From an uncultured Nitrososphaeraceae archaeon (lineage in GTDB: Archaea > Thermoproteota > Nitrososphaeria > Nitrososphaerales > Nitrososphaeraceae), in NCBI GenBank assembly GCA_963729045.1, contig CAVSMN010000012.1, positions 224,001-288,000 on the forward strand: a stretch of DNA of 64,000 nucleotides, given 5' to 3'. The first letter of the stretch is position 1. The number at the start of each line of letters is the position of its first letter. Below the pieces are notes generated by a model that was not told the DNA's origin, did no database searches, and worked only from the letters and a program-made list of their open reading frames with translations. Shown here in pieces: positions 1 to 11,066 of the stretch. The position numbers and the translations under genes were made by a program.

Positions 1-2
1 TT

Positions 3-272
3 ATTTGGGCCGTAACTACCAAAGCAGACCCAAAACGGGATATATTGATAATAGAGAATGTACCTACTGATACTTTGGATCCTTCATCTCCTTTGGTAAA
101 TTTTGGATCAAAAATGGGGATCGACGCCACAACCAAATGGAGAGAAGAGGGTTTTTTTAGGGAGATTCAGGAGGAAGTTCAAGTTGATGAGGAAACGAAA
201 TTACTAGTTGACAAAAAGTGGTCTATGTATGGATTTCCTCTAGGAAAAACCAACACTAACCATATCGACTGA
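3..272 (+). CDS. UbiD-family decarboxylase, C-terminal part (truncated by window start)
   Basis: Frame open from base 3: IWAVTTKADPKRDI...DTLDPSS...GSKMGIDAT, a typical UbiD C-terminus. Confidence 0.85.
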   Translation: MWAVTTKADPKRDILIIENVPTDTLDPSSPLVNFGSKMGIDATTKWREEGFFREIQEEVQVDEETKLLVDKKWSMYGFPLGKTNTNHID

Positions 273-362
273 AAGGATTTTTTGACTGTATTCATCCATG
301 CCTAAAATCAATTTAAAGCCTTATATTTAGGAATTTCGTATAGTAAGTTACTAAGATAGATA

Positions 363-722
363 ATGTCTACTAAAGACAAAATCAAGACTAACAGCCTCCA
401 GTTGAAAAAAGCCATGAAATGTGAGAGTTTGGATGAAGGGACATTTGCATTCTTAAATTGGATGAATTGCAAGTCATTTGATAGTGAAGGATATGATCAG
501 AACCCACCTTTAATCTTGAAATATGTTGATTTTCCTAAGGTTGATTTGGTAAAATTATTTGATGGATTTTTGGGACAGGACATTATTGTCAATATAGTTG
601 ATTGCATACCAACATGTAAGACATGTATAGCAGACGATTGTTCACATATCGGTTTTACTATATGCTTACTCCAGTTAATTGAGCGAGAGGGATATGAATC
701 AATGGACGACATATTGAAATAA
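363..722 (+). CDS. Hypothetical protein with CxxC-x4-C-x-H putative zinc site
   Basis: 119-aa ORF containing CKTCIADDCSH. Confidence 0.6.
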   Translation: MSTKDKIKTNSLQLKKAMKCESLDEGTFAFLNWMNCKSFDSEGYDQNPPLILKYVDFPKVDLVKLFDGFLGQDIIVNIVDCIPTCKTCIADDCSHIGFTICLLQLIEREGYESMDDILK

Positions 723-812
723 ATAATTGCTAAAATTGAGATTTGGATTGACGAAATACTACGAGAAGAATTTATGATAAAATTTTTATATTCATTAATC
801 TAAGGTTTGTTG

Positions 813-1403
813 ATGACTGAGAATAATGAGTATGTTCCGAATGTAGTAGCTTTGGAGGTATTAGAAAAAAATGGTGTAAATATTGAAAGACTAAAAGAAT
901 TGATAACCAAAGGCGTGGGTGCGGAATTTACCACCTATTATTATTATACTATTTTGAGGATGCACTGTACAGGTCTCGATGGGGAAGGAATCAAGGAGAT
1001 AGTTGAAGATGCGAGAATTGAAGATAGAAACCACTTTGAGGCTATGGTTCCACGACTTTATGAATTGGGGGGAAGTTTGCCACGAGATATCCGAGATTTT
1101 GCAACCCAAGCTGGATGTCCAGACGCTTATTTGCCAGAGAATTGGAAGGATTTAACTTCTATCATGAAAGTACTTTTGGAAGCAGAACAATGTGCTATCC
1201 GTTCCTGGGGAGAAGTATGTGACATGACTGGTGGAAAAGACCCTAGAACGTTCGATATTGCCCAGAGGATTATGCAGGAGGAAATTGAGCACGAAGCTTG
1301 GTTCATTGAACTATTATCAAAAAGACCCTCTGGGCACTTTAGAAGAAACTTTCCTGGACAATCGCCATATACTTCTGGTGCAGGTGGACTCAGCCACCTT
1401 TAA
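813..1403 (+). CDS. DPS-like (DpsL) ferritin-superfamily protein
   Basis: [29 protein letters not shown] di-iron motifs; ATG at 813 (ORF track starts at TTG 807). Confidence 0.9.
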   Translation: MTENNEYVPNVVALEVLEKNGVNIERLKELITKGVGAEFTTYYYYTILRMHCTGLDGEGIKEIVEDARIEDRNHFEAMVPRLYELGGSLPRDIRDFATQAGCPDAYLPENWKDLTSIMKVLLEAEQCAIRSWGEVCDMTGGKDPRTFDIAQRIMQEEIEHEAWFIELLSKRPSGHFRRNFPGQSPYTSGAGGLSHL

Positions 1404-1578
1404 TTTTTATTCAAGTCAAATTGCTTTTATATTGTTTTTAGGATTTTTTGGAAACTTTTACTTATTAATAAATGAGAACCGCACAATTATGAATTGGTAC
1501 TGTAAAGTAGTCATTTAACTTTGCCTAATAAGATTTTTTCAATAATAGAGAAATATTTTATAAACCCATTGTAAACTA

Positions 1579-1743
1579 ATGATAATGGTATTGCACTTGA
1601 CAAATAGAAGGAAAGGGGAAGTTCTAATGGCTATAGCTGGGATTGGCCTGGCCATAGGTGCTATGAGTATCAGCGTACCACAAGTCGCATATGCAGGCTT
1701 GTGTATAACTGGTTTGGGGATAGTATCGATGTTGTGGAGATAG
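1579..1743 (+). CDS. Small 54-aa two-TM membrane protein (not in ORF track)
   Basis: ATG..TAG translates MIMVLHLTNRRKGEVLMAIAGIGLAIGAMSISVPQVAYAGLCITGLGIVSMLWR; TTTTATAAA just upstream. Confidence 0.65.
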   Translation: MIMVLHLTNRRKGEVLMAIAGIGLAIGAMSISVPQVAYAGLCITGLGIVSMLWR

Positions 1744-2049
1744 AACTAATGGATGTCTCTTAACTTTGTGCTTCGTAAATGTGGTATGAAATGCAAGACA
1801 GCACTGGAAACTATTCGACTAAATAAACAATATGATAATTTAGGTAGAGATAGAGTAAATCTGTTTCTTCATCAGCTTTTGTACAAATGGAAACCTAATG
1901 AAATTTTCATGTTAGCTGATAATCTTAGTATCAATTGAGTATGAAGGGTCCGAAAACAATTAGAAATACAATATTTGCAGATACATAGCCAGGAGTTATT
2001 TGACGGTTGTTCGATGTATAATTTTTTCTTCGTATTTTCCCTTAGAGTC

Positions 2050-2463
2050 TTATTTCTTAAAAGTAGAATTCTTCAAATCCCAACAAGGTCTGCATAATTG
2101 GCCATTAATACGCCACAGTGGTTTGGGATTATATCTGATGAAACCCAATTTCTTGTTGCATTCATAGCAATAATTATTGATTTTTTCGTATTCTTTGGCT
2201 TTTCTTTCATAGCATTGAATGCACATCAGTTGAGTAGTATTCAGATTCCACCTCCATTCAGGTTTCTTAACTTCACCGGAAATCAGATTCTTACACACAA
2301 AGCATATCTGGTAGTTTGTTTCGGATTTCATGGGATATGAATTTTTAATTGGATTGCTAATATTTGATTTCTCTGTTTCATTGGGTTGAAAATATTCTTT
2401 GTTTGTATCTATATCCTCTTCCTTATTAGAACGGGCTGATTTTCTTCTAAATGGAATCTTCAC
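2050..2463 (-). CDS. Hypothetical protein with two tandem CxxC...CxxC zinc-ribbon repeats
   Basis: CFVC..W..CIQC and CYEC..W..CRPC. Confidence 0.7.
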   Translation of the reverse strand: MKIPFRRKSARSNKEEDIDTNKEYFQPNETEKSNISNPIKNSYPMKSETNYQICFVCKNLISGEVKKPEWRWNLNTTQLMCIQCYERKAKEYEKINNYCYECNKKLGFIRYNPKPLWRINGQLCRPCWDLKNSTFKK

Positions 2464-2551
2464 TTCAAAATATATTCAAATTTGTCTTATTTTAGAGTTG
2501 TAATATTCTTTCTTCCAAAGCAAATACTTAATTTTTAGAACTCTTCATTTA

Positions 2552-2986
2552 ATGTTGTTGTCAAAGTCTTACTATGACATACTTGAGATAGACCAACATG
2601 CAACTATTGCCGATATCAAAAAATCATTCAGACTTCTTGCCCTAAAGCACCATCCTGACAAGAATAAAAGTAATGAGTCTCATCAAAAGTTCTTACAAAT
2701 AGTAGAGGCCTACGAAGTACTTTCTGACGAAAATTCAAGAAGGAAATATGACTTGATCAATTCTTCAAACCAATTTTCTAATTTTATCCCCAATTGGACA
2801 CCATCGGCTGATTTGTCAAAATTTTATAGTTACGATGTCATAAAGAATTGGTACGTACCTAACAAGTCTACTGGAGGTATGTGGGACATAGGAGAAAAGG
2901 AAAACCTTGGAATGTGGAAGACCACATTAGCACTATTTGGATCATTAGCATGTGTTGCAGTTTTTATTATTATTTTATCAAATTAA
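2552..2986 (+). CDS. J-domain protein with C-terminal membrane anchor
   Basis: YYDILEI...HHPDKN...AYEVLSD (HPD motif); hydrophobic C-terminus. Confidence 0.9.
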   Translation: MLLSKSYYDILEIDQHATIADIKKSFRLLALKHHPDKNKSNESHQKFLQIVEAYEVLSDENSRRKYDLINSSNQFSNFIPNWTPSADLSKFYSYDVIKNWYVPNKSTGGMWDIGEKENLGMWKTTLALFGSLACVAVFIIILSN

Positions 2987-3158
2987 TTATTGCAACTATC
3001 AATCTTACTTAATATTAGAAATAACCAAAAATAACTAGACGTTTTTGTTTCTCATTTTTTACTGCTACGAAGTATTCGTTCCATGAATTTCATCATAAAC
3101 ATCATTTTCTTATCATTCGAGTATTTCACATCTTTTTAATCTCACACATCTTTGAATT

Positions 3159-4046
3159 CTAATTTTTTGTACTATTAGCAGGTTCCCAAATGTAGGAGAC
3201 TCGCTCTCTATCCTTAAAGTAGCTAAGTGGTAACTGAAGATAACACAATAAAAGACATACCGAACCTTTTGGATATTTTATCGAATTCTTGAAAAATTCC
3301 TTAATTGTAGTGGATACAGGAGCATTGAAATCAAATTTTCTTGTCAGTTCCTTTAACTGATTATGCCCTATTAATGCTCTTACTATCTGACTATAAAAAT
3401 CATGTTTGGTGATTGGAGGGGTAAAATAGATTATTGCATCGTCATCATAGATTACCTTCTTGTTCATTTCAAGCACTCTACATTGGAGATATAGGTCTAT
3501 CGCTATTATTTCCTGGGGAATTTCTATCCCTCTGGCCAATTCAGTATTCAAGGCGATTGCCCTTCCCATAGTTGTATATTGAGAAAGGCCGTTCAATCTT
3601 ATCGACCTTAACCAATAACCGATAAAAATAGATGCACAAGCATATAGGTTTGTGCTATTACTTTTAGGGACTGTATTAGAGGCACACAACCCAACGATAT
3701 CTGAGATCTTATTTGATAATTGGGATACGCAATTTTCTCCGATCTCAATGTCTGCGTCCAATAATACTATAATACTACCTTTTGCATTTCTGAATATAGT
3801 ATTCCATCCTTGACTTGCCCCTTTTCTTGTTTCATTGTGAATTAAACGAATCTTGAATTCTGGATTTTCAGACTTTATTTTGTTGATTAGAATTGGAGTT
3901 TCATCATTTGAATCGTCTACGAAAATAACCTCTGTGATAACTAACTTGTCTCCTAACCGTTGAGATTTGAGCGAATCAAAGAATTTTAAAATATTATTTT
4001 CTTCGTTATAAGTAATTATTCCTATTGTGATATCGCTTTTATTCAT
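3159..4046 (-). CDS. Glycosyltransferase family 2
   Basis: IITYNEE, FVDDSND, LLDAD (DxD) motifs. Confidence 0.88.
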   Translation of the reverse strand: MNKSDITIGIITYNEENNILKFFDSLKSQRLGDKLVITEVIFVDDSNDETPILINKIKSENPEFKIRLIHNETRKGASQGWNTIFRNAKGSIIVLLDADIEIGENCVSQLSNKISDIVGLCASNTVPKSNSTNLYACASIFIGYWLRSIRLNGLSQYTTMGRAIALNTELARGIEIPQEIIAIDLYLQCRVLEMNKKVIYDDDAIIYFTPPITKHDFYSQIVRALIGHNQLKELTRKFDFNAPVSTTIKEFFKNSIKYPKGSVCLLLCYLQLPLSYFKDRERVSYIWEPANSTKN

Positions 4047-4486
4047 GTCGCCTCGATATTCTCTCTAATTTTTTGAGCTATACTCTCAAGCTCCTTTATC
4101 TGTGCAATCTTGCGCATGGGCCATTGACCTTTAACTTTCTCAATCGAATATCTGGGGACTATATGAACGTGCACATGAGGTACAATCTGATTTGCAGATT
4201 TTCCATTATTCTGGTTGATGTTAAAACCATCACTACCTAAAACACTAGCAATTGCCTTTGCTAATCGTGGGACTAATGAATGCATCTCTCCTACCTCCTT
4301 TATCGGCATTTCCAGAATATTTCTAAAATGCTTTTTAGGTACTATCAGAGAATGTCCATGATTTATAGGGTATTTATCCATGAAAGCTAAAAATTTTTCA
4401 TCTTCATAAATTATTGCATTAGGTAGATTTTTCAGTACAATTTGACAAAAAATACAATTGTGATTCAATGTCTGCATCATTATCAA
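4043..4486 (-). CDS. HIT family hydrolase
   Basis: CIFCQI and HVHVHIVPR histidine triad. Confidence 0.93.
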   Translation of the reverse strand: MIMMQTLNHNCIFCQIVLKNLPNAIIYEDEKFLAFMDKYPINHGHSLIVPKKHFRNILEMPIKEVGEMHSLVPRLAKAIASVLGSDGFNINQNNGKSANQIVPHVHVHIVPRYSIEKVKGQWPMRKIAQIKELESIAQKIRENIEAT

Positions 4487-4596
4487 GATAATAATACTGA
4501 AATATTTAATTTAATATTTAACAGTTAATATGTTTTGTCATAATTTGGTGTTTATTTTTAGTTCATTTTAAATAGCTCGAAAATTTTTTACAAAGT

Positions 4597-4782
4597 ATGA
4601 GTGAATCAATTGAGTTAGAAAGTTTCACACTGAATTTTTCTTTCCCATGCCCAAAATGCGAATACCTTAATGAGATCTCTTCAAGTGAATTGCATAATAA
4701 TAGCATCGAATGTGGAATGTGTGAGACAATATTCAAGTTTGAGGGTTTGGATTCTATAAAAATATTAGCTACTTTGGAGTAG
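4597..4782 (+). CDS. Small zinc-ribbon protein
   Basis: 61 aa with CPKC...CGMC; fills an intergenic gap. Confidence 0.6.
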   Translation: MSESIELESFTLNFSFPCPKCEYLNEISSSELHNNSIECGMCETIFKFEGLDSIKILATLE

Positions 4783-4844
4783 TGAGATAATCTTACGAAA
4801 AAGAATTAAGTTTTTATTTTGTGATTTTAATCTAGATATTTGTA

Positions 4845-6572
4845 ATGATTTTACCTAGCAGAAAAACAGTTGAAGGAGCATCCCGAGCGCCTCATAGGGC
4901 AATGTACAAGTCGATGGGTCTCTCAGACGATGATCTTGGTAGGCCTTTAGTAGCAGTTTCTAGTACTTGTAATGAGGCAACCCCATGTAATATTCACTTG
5001 GGGAAACTTGCTCAAAAAGCTAAGGAAGGTGTGAAGGACTCTGGAAATACTCCTCGGGAATTTACTACCATCGCTGTTTCTGATGGGATTGCAATGGGAC
5101 ACGAAGGGATGAAATCCTCTCTAGTTAGCCGTGAGATCATTGCGGATTCGATTGAGGTTATGGTCAGAGCACATCAATATGATGCAATAGTGGGAATTTC
5201 TGGATGTGATAAAAGCTTACCGGGAACTTTAATGGCTATGGCTCGACTCAATTTACCTTCCATCTTCGTTTATGGCGGTACCATTCTTCCTGGTAATTGG
5301 AATGGCAATCCGGTTACGATTCAGGATGTGTACGAGGCAGTGGGAACATATGATGCTGGTAAAATGAGCTTGGAAGAATTGACAAGTCTAGAAAATGTTG
5401 CCTGCCCATCGGCCGGATCATGTGCAGGAATGTATACCGCTAATACCATGGCGTCCATAAGCGAGGCTTTAGGGATGTCGTTACCGGGGAGTGCAACACC
5501 ACCCGCGGAAAGTGAAGAAAGGCACAAAATTTGCTTTGAAACTGGTAAATCTATAGATCAGCTCTTGCTCAGCGATTTGAAACCTAGGGATATAATGACT
5601 TACGAGGCATTCGAAAATGCGATCATGATGGCAAATGCGATAGGAGGTTCGACTAATGCGATACTTCATCTATTAGCACTGTCGCGTGAAACAGGAATCG
5701 ATTTGGATATAAAGGATTTTGAATATATACGAAAAAAAACACCTCATATTGCAAATATGAGACCAGGTGGGAGTTACGTAATGTTGAACTTGGATAATAT
5801 TGGAGGCATCCCTGTAATTTTGAAATCATTGCTTGATAAAGGTATCTTAAATGGTAACGTAGAGACCGTTACTGGTAAGACAATGAAAAAAAATCTCGAG
5901 TCCTATGACTTTAGCAAATCCAAGTCTTACTATAAAGCACAAAAAACTGAATTTCGAAATATCCTTCGAACTGTCGATAATCCAATACACAAAGAAGGAA
6001 CGTTAAAAATTTTATTCGGAAATTTGGCTCCAGAGGGCGCTGTAATCAAAATTGCAGGATTGAAAGAAGATAAATTTGAAGGGATTGCAAAAGTTTATCA
6101 TTCAGAAGAATCTGCATTTGATGCTGTTTCTAAAAGAGAAATCAGCGAAGGTGATGTTGTTGTTATAAGATTCGAGGGTCCGAAGGGTGGACCGGGAATG
6201 AGGGAAATGCTTGCAGTGACAGCGGCCATTGTGGGTCAAGGGTTGGGTGAAAAAGTTGCTATGCTCACTGATGGTCGATTCTCTGGCGCAACCAGGGGAT
6301 TTATGATAGGGCATATGTCTCCAGAAGCAATGGTGGGTGGACCAATTTCAATAATCAAAAATGGTGACAAGATCAAAATCGATTTACTCAAAGAAACGGT
6401 TGATCTCAAGATTTCAAAGAAAGAATTCACAAATAGGATCAAGAAATTTAAACCTATAAAAAATAGGTACCGGTCAGGGGCCCTAGCAAAATATGCAACA
6501 TTGGTCAGATCTGCATCAGAAGGTGCTATAACCTCTCCGATACCAAAATATATGAAAAAAAACTTCACCTAA
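4845..6572 (+). CDS. ilvD: Dihydroxy-acid dehydratase
   Basis: [46 protein letters not shown]. Confidence 0.97.
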   Translation: MILPSRKTVEGASRAPHRAMYKSMGLSDDDLGRPLVAVSSTCNEATPCNIHLGKLAQKAKEGVKDSGNTPREFTTIAVSDGIAMGHEGMKSSLVSREIIADSIEVMVRAHQYDAIVGISGCDKSLPGTLMAMARLNLPSIFVYGGTILPGNWNGNPVTIQDVYEAVGTYDAGKMSLEELTSLENVACPSAGSCAGMYTANTMASISEALGMSLPGSATPPAESEERHKICFETGKSIDQLLLSDLKPRDIMTYEAFENAIMMANAIGGSTNAILHLLALSRETGIDLDIKDFEYIRKKTPHIANMRPGGSYVMLNLDNIGGIPVILKSLLDKGILNGNVETVTGKTMKKNLESYDFSKSKSYYKAQKTEFRNILRTVDNPIHKEGTLKILFGNLAPEGAVIKIAGLKEDKFEGIAKVYHSEESAFDAVSKREISEGDVVVIRFEGPKGGPGMREMLAVTAAIVGQGLGEKVAMLTDGRFSGATRGFMIGHMSPEAMVGGPISIIKNGDKIKIDLLKETVDLKISKKEFTNRIKKFKPIKNRYRSGALAKYATLVRSASEGAITSPIPKYMKKNFT

Positions 6573-7450
6573 TTTTTTATTTCAATGGAATCTATGATCC
6601 CATAAAGTGGAAAGTTATGAAAATGATCGGCTATTTTGTTATCAAGGAAAATAATTTGAATTAGCTCAAAATTATTGAGTATAAATACTACCTTACTATT
6701 CTCAGATACAAGTTTATCATCTGTAAAAAAGTCTACTGTTCCGTCGATAAATATGGTGTCATCATTTCCAAAAAACACATTTCCATCGCCATTGAAATTG
6801 TTAACTGTATGCCAGTGAAATCCTTTGGCATTTGAGGAGATCATTACGAATTTTGAATCAAAAAATTCAACTTTCGAAGAATTAATATTCATCTCCCAAT
6901 TGCCGGAAACTATTGTTGAAATATTCTTATTAATGAGGCTACCAGAGTCATTAGCATTTACATCGTTACTAATGGTTGGATTTCCTTTTTCAATGGATTG
7001 AATAATAATACCTGAAAGCATTGAAACCAAATTATTTGATAAGTTATCGGTCTGATTCAATTGACCTATCCCAGTAGTATCCTCACGAGTGCTCTGACTT
7101 AAGTTCATGTTTGATTGTGAACTGTCTGTGCTGATTACGCTATCATTCCGTTGCGTAGGTGATTCAGTTTGATGCGAATTTTGAATATTCATACCAAGAG
7201 GTGAAGACGTAATTAATTGATTATTTTCATTGGATCCGTTATTTGGAATTAGCGATGTATTCAAGGTGGAAACCAGGAATCCCGAAAGTGCAAAGGTATT
7301 GTTGACATCAAGTCTGCTGCTCTTTGAATCCAAGCTTTTTTCTTTAAACAAGATATTTTTTGTTTCGGCAAGTACGGCATGGAAAGTACTTTGAGTGAAA
7401 TAGAGCAAGAAAACTAATATGAGTAGTAGTAAAATTCTTGTCAAATCCAA
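6569..7450 (-). CDS. Secreted or surface hypothetical protein
   Basis: N-terminal hydrophobic signal, Asn/Ser/Gln-rich linker, beta-rich C-terminal domain. Confidence 0.7.
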   Translation of the reverse strand: MDLTRILLLLILVFLLYFTQSTFHAVLAETKNILFKEKSLDSKSSRLDVNNTFALSGFLVSTLNTSLIPNNGSNENNQLITSSPLGMNIQNSHQTESPTQRNDSVISTDSSQSNMNLSQSTREDTTGIGQLNQTDNLSNNLVSMLSGIIIQSIEKGNPTISNDVNANDSGSLINKNISTIVSGNWEMNINSSKVEFFDSKFVMISSNAKGFHWHTVNNFNGDGNVFFGNDDTIFIDGTVDFFTDDKLVSENSKVVFILNNFELIQIIFLDNKIADHFHNFPLYGIIDSIEIKN

Positions 7451-7544
7451 TAATTATAATATTACTGATTTTTTTTAAATAAATTTCTTTCCTTAGTAAA
7501 TTTAATCCAAAAATTTATGAATCTTAAAGTCCTATAAACTTGCA

Positions 7545-7763
7545 ATGTTGAACAAAGATCAATTTTTTGATTTCTTAAAATTACATAACAACATGGAATT
7601 TTCTAAAGAAGAGATTATTAATCGCTTTGCAGAGTCTAAAAATGAGGAGCAAAATATAGACTCGCTGTTGTCTGAACTTGAGGTTGAATCTACTTATACG
7701 AACTCAAATCTGATTGCATCATGTAAAGCTGGAACCGTATACTATAAGTGGAAAAGATCTTAA
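7545..7763 (+). CDS. Hypothetical protein (possible small winged helix)
   Basis: 72-aa ORF, helical pattern ending in a YYKW strand. Confidence 0.55.
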   Translation: MLNKDQFFDFLKLHNNMEFSKEEIINRFAESKNEEQNIDSLLSELEVESTYTNSNLIASCKAGTVYYKWKRS

Positions 7764-7794
7764 TACCGATATTTGATTTTTAATTTTATCGAGT

Positions 7795-8130
7795 TCAATA
7801 ACCGTTGACTTCAATATCCTCAAATTCACTGTGGATTAAATCCAGCACTTCATAAAGCGTATTAAGGTAAACAATTTCATCAGATTTGCAATTCATACCA
7901 TACGCATAATTTATTCTAGAATTCAATAAATTATTCATATTTTTTGTACAGGTATAATTCAAAAGTATTACGTAATTTCCCAGTAAATTTTTGTTAATGA
8001 ACATTTTTTTACTAGTTGATTTGGATTCGATTCTAATACCTTCGTCAGAATCCAGGAACGTTAACAATTGCAAAAGGATTTTCTCAGTGGGATTAACTAT
8101 CAAATAATTACAGAGTAAATTACAAACCAA
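7795..8130 (-). CDS. Hypothetical protein
   Basis: 111-aa ORF filling the gap; start uncertain. Confidence 0.5.
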   Translation of the reverse strand: MVCNLLCNYLIVNPTEKILLQLLTFLDSDEGIRIESKSTSKKMFINKNLLGNYVILLNYTCTKNMNNLLNSRINYAYGMNCKSDEIVYLNTLYEVLDLIHSEFEDIEVNGY

Positions 8131-8172
8131 TCAATTTAAAACTTATAATTAACATGTGGAAAGTTTATCAAG

Positions 8173-9036
8173 TTGAAACTAATCAAGAAAGGCAAAGTAA
8201 AGGATATTTATGAAACCAATGACAACACATTAATTTTTTCTTTTTCTGATAGGATATCTGCCTTTGACGTTATTCTAAACGATGAAATTCCTTATAAAGG
8301 AAAAATCCTGTGTGATTTTGCTCTTTTTTGGTTTAAGATCTTGAAAGGGAAAAACCACCTTAGGAGAAGAATAGATGCCAATAAGATTGAAGTAGCAAAG
8401 CTGAACATGATTCCAATAGAGTGCGTAGTTCGATCATACTTATATGGAAGCTTATATTCTAGGTATCTTCAGGATACTATAGATATTCCTGGGACGGAGG
8501 AATATTTTGCAGATAAGAATTTGCAATTAGCTTCAAAATTACCCGGTCTTGTGTTTGATCCGACTACTAAATCTGATCAACATGACATACCTATCACGGA
8601 AACAGAAATTATTAAAGATAAGATAGTGAGTCAAACGGAATTAATTCAAATAAAAGAGCTATCCCTAGAGTTGTTTACGCAAGTAAATACCACCGTTTCT
8701 GCTTGCGGTTTTATTCTTTCAGATATCAAATTTGAATTCGGAAAAGACCCAACGACAGGAGAAATAATGCTCGGAGATTCGATTGGACCTGATGAATTTC
8801 GAATTTGGAATAAAGATGATTACCAAGTTGGACAGATTCAGGATAGTTATGACAAACAAATATTAAGAGATTGGCTACAAGAAATCGGCTTCAGACAAGA
8901 AGTAGAAAAATGCAATATTACTAATACTAAACCAAATATTCCAAAGTTACCCAAGGATATAATCGAAAAAGTGTCTCAGCGGTACGTTGATGCTTATGAG
9001 CGCATAACAGGAGCTACTTTTACAAGGTTGGACTAA
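8173..9036 (+). CDS. purC: SAICAR synthetase
   Basis: KGKVKDIY, SDRISAFD, IPIECVVR, DIKFEFG, DSYDKQILRDWL. Confidence 0.96.
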   Translation: MKLIKKGKVKDIYETNDNTLIFSFSDRISAFDVILNDEIPYKGKILCDFALFWFKILKGKNHLRRRIDANKIEVAKLNMIPIECVVRSYLYGSLYSRYLQDTIDIPGTEEYFADKNLQLASKLPGLVFDPTTKSDQHDIPITETEIIKDKIVSQTELIQIKELSLELFTQVNTTVSACGFILSDIKFEFGKDPTTGEIMLGDSIGPDEFRIWNKDDYQVGQIQDSYDKQILRDWLQEIGFRQEVEKCNITNTKPNIPKLPKDIIEKVSQRYVDAYERITGATFTRLD

Positions 9037-9066
9037 TGAAGCAAACAATTGGGTGGTCATCGTTAT

Positions 9067-9504
9067 TTATTCTACACTTATGATTAGCAGGCCTTTTTTT
9101 GAAGGGTCTCTCAATAACTCTACCATCTTCCTAGGAACGTGTATGGCACTAACATTACAACTTAGGCACAGGGTCCGATTACAAATAAAATTGCTCCTTC
9201 TTAAAACAATATCGTGAGCATGTGTAAGGAGAAGGTTATCATTGCCAAACCCATGTATTTTGAAGGTAAACGGTTCAACAACCAAATCTATTTTTATAAA
9301 AGATTGGTTACTCCTGATCCTATTCTTCATGCCACTCGTTAGATCGGAGCATGATTTGGTTGCGTTGACTCCTATAATACAATCACCATTTGGTGTCAAA
9401 TTAGGATCTTTGGTGATTTCTATAGTTCGAGCATGGAGCGATCGAATATTCTTATGGCCACAAAATTGGATTTCTTCTGTTAACAACTGGCCAACTTTAT
9501 TCAT
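9067..9504 (-). CDS. DUF371 family protein
   Basis: GHKNIRSLHARTIEITKD..LTPNGDCIIGV. Confidence 0.85.
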   Translation of the reverse strand: MNKVGQLLTEEIQFCGHKNIRSLHARTIEITKDPNLTPNGDCIIGVNATKSCSDLTSGMKNRIRSNQSFIKIDLVVEPFTFKIHGFGNDNLLLTHAHDIVLRRSNFICNRTLCLSCNVSAIHVPRKMVELLRDPSKKGLLIISVE

Positions 9505-9545
9505 ATTATTGGGTAAATAATCCTTTATTTTTTAAATAAGGTAAC

Positions 9546-9553
9546 TATAAATA
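9546..9553 (+). promoter_or_regulatory. TATA box of psmA (probably leaderless transcript)
   Basis: TATAAATA about 26 nt before the TTG start at 9579. Confidence 0.5.
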
Positions 9554-9578
9554 AAGATTTAGAAGTAATCTAGTTGAT

Positions 9579-10310
9579 TTGTTACCAGCAGCAGCAGGTT
9601 ATGATAGAGGAATTACTGTTTTCTCACCTGATGGGCGATTATATCAGGTTGAATATGCAATTGAAACCGTTAGGAGAGGCACTTTAGCTTTAGGGATTAA
9701 AAGCACAGATGGTGTAATCCTTGCAGTAGAAGAGAAAACGAGAAAATTGCAGATATCTAATGTAACTCAAAAAATATTTCAGATAGATGATCATATAGGT
9801 CTTGCCGCAGCAGGGTATATTCCAGACGCTCGTACTCAGGTTGACCACGCACGATTTTTTGCCCAGAGCAATCGCCTTATATATGATGAAGTAGTTGACG
9901 TTGAAGGCGTTGCAAAAAACCTTGCTGATATGGCTCAACAGTATACCCAATATGCTGGAGCCAGGCCATTCGGTGTCGCATTGATATTGGCTGGTGTCGA
10001 CAAGAATGGAATAGGCTTGTATCTTACTGACCCAAGTGGTACATACATCGGATACGATGCTGTGGCAATTGGTGCAGGAAGCGAACAAGTAACTGAACAC
10101 TTAGAAAAGACTTATAGGAATGATATTAGTCTCGATAAAGCTTGTGTACTTGCAATTGAATCTATTTTCATGGTCAGTGAAGAAAAGACCGGCACTAAAC
10201 ACATTAGATTGGCTGTTATTGATTCAAAATCAAAAACTTTGCGAATGATGCCGTTAGAAGAAATAGAGAATTATTCAAAACAAGTTCAAGATAAAGAAAG
10301 TCAATCTTAA
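9579..10310 (+). CDS. psmA: Proteasome subunit alpha
   Basis: GYDRGITVFSPDGRLYQVEYA signature. Confidence 0.97.
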   Translation: MLPAAAGYDRGITVFSPDGRLYQVEYAIETVRRGTLALGIKSTDGVILAVEEKTRKLQISNVTQKIFQIDDHIGLAAAGYIPDARTQVDHARFFAQSNRLIYDEVVDVEGVAKNLADMAQQYTQYAGARPFGVALILAGVDKNGIGLYLTDPSGTYIGYDAVAIGAGSEQVTEHLEKTYRNDISLDKACVLAIESIFMVSEEKTGTKHIRLAVIDSKSKTLRMMPLEEIENYSKQVQDKESQS

Positions 10311-10399
10311 CTTGTTTTGATTTATTTTTTCAAAATAGTATTTTAATTGTATATACGACCATTTAAATAATTCTTATTTTATTGAAAAATTGATTATCA

Positions 10400-11066
10400 A
10401 TGGCGATAGAAATTGGTTCCAAAGCACCTAATTTGCAAGTTTCTAAATGGGTACAAGGCACATACAACAAATATAGATAAATTGGCTGGAAATGTAGTCG
10501 TTGTTGAAGTGTTTCAAGTTAATTGTCCAGGATGTTTTCTATATGGAATTCCGCAGGCAATTTCGCTATATGAAAAATTTAAGGACAAAAATGTTAAGGT
10601 ATTAGGAGTCGCAACTGCATTCGAAGATTATGACAAGAACACCCTACAAAACCTTGAAATTTTGCTTTCAGAAAATCAAGTAATTGGAGAGACATTTAGA
10701 GCATTAAAACAGCATGGTAAATTAGTTGATGAAAACAAGTTATATTACAAGATACCATTTCCAGTAGCTTTTGATAAAGTTATCAGAATGCCCGTCGAAG
10801 TTTCAGACAAGATGATTTTTGATTTTATTGAAATATATTTTTCTGATTTTTCTACATTTTCTGACAAAGATAAAACAGACCTTATTGACAAGGTACGAAA
10901 TTATTTACAGAATAAGGAATTCTCGGCATTGACATTTGAGACTTATAGACTGAGGGGGACACCCTCATCTATAGTTGTAGATAAAGAAGGAATATTGAGG
11001 TATAGTTTTTTTGGATCTGAAGGTTATTTGGAAGGAGCAGTGAACGAGTTACTAAATGAACGGTGA
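10400..11066 (+). CDS. Redoxin/TlpA-like thioredoxin-fold protein (frameshift near 10460)
   Basis: N-terminus MAIEIGSKAPNLQVSKWVQG from ATG 10400 lies in another frame; FQVNCPGC and GTPS motifs. Confidence 0.8.

Noticed and set aside
1753..1938. 61-aa ORF from the track
   Set aside because: No recognisable motif or supporting context; could be a chance ORF
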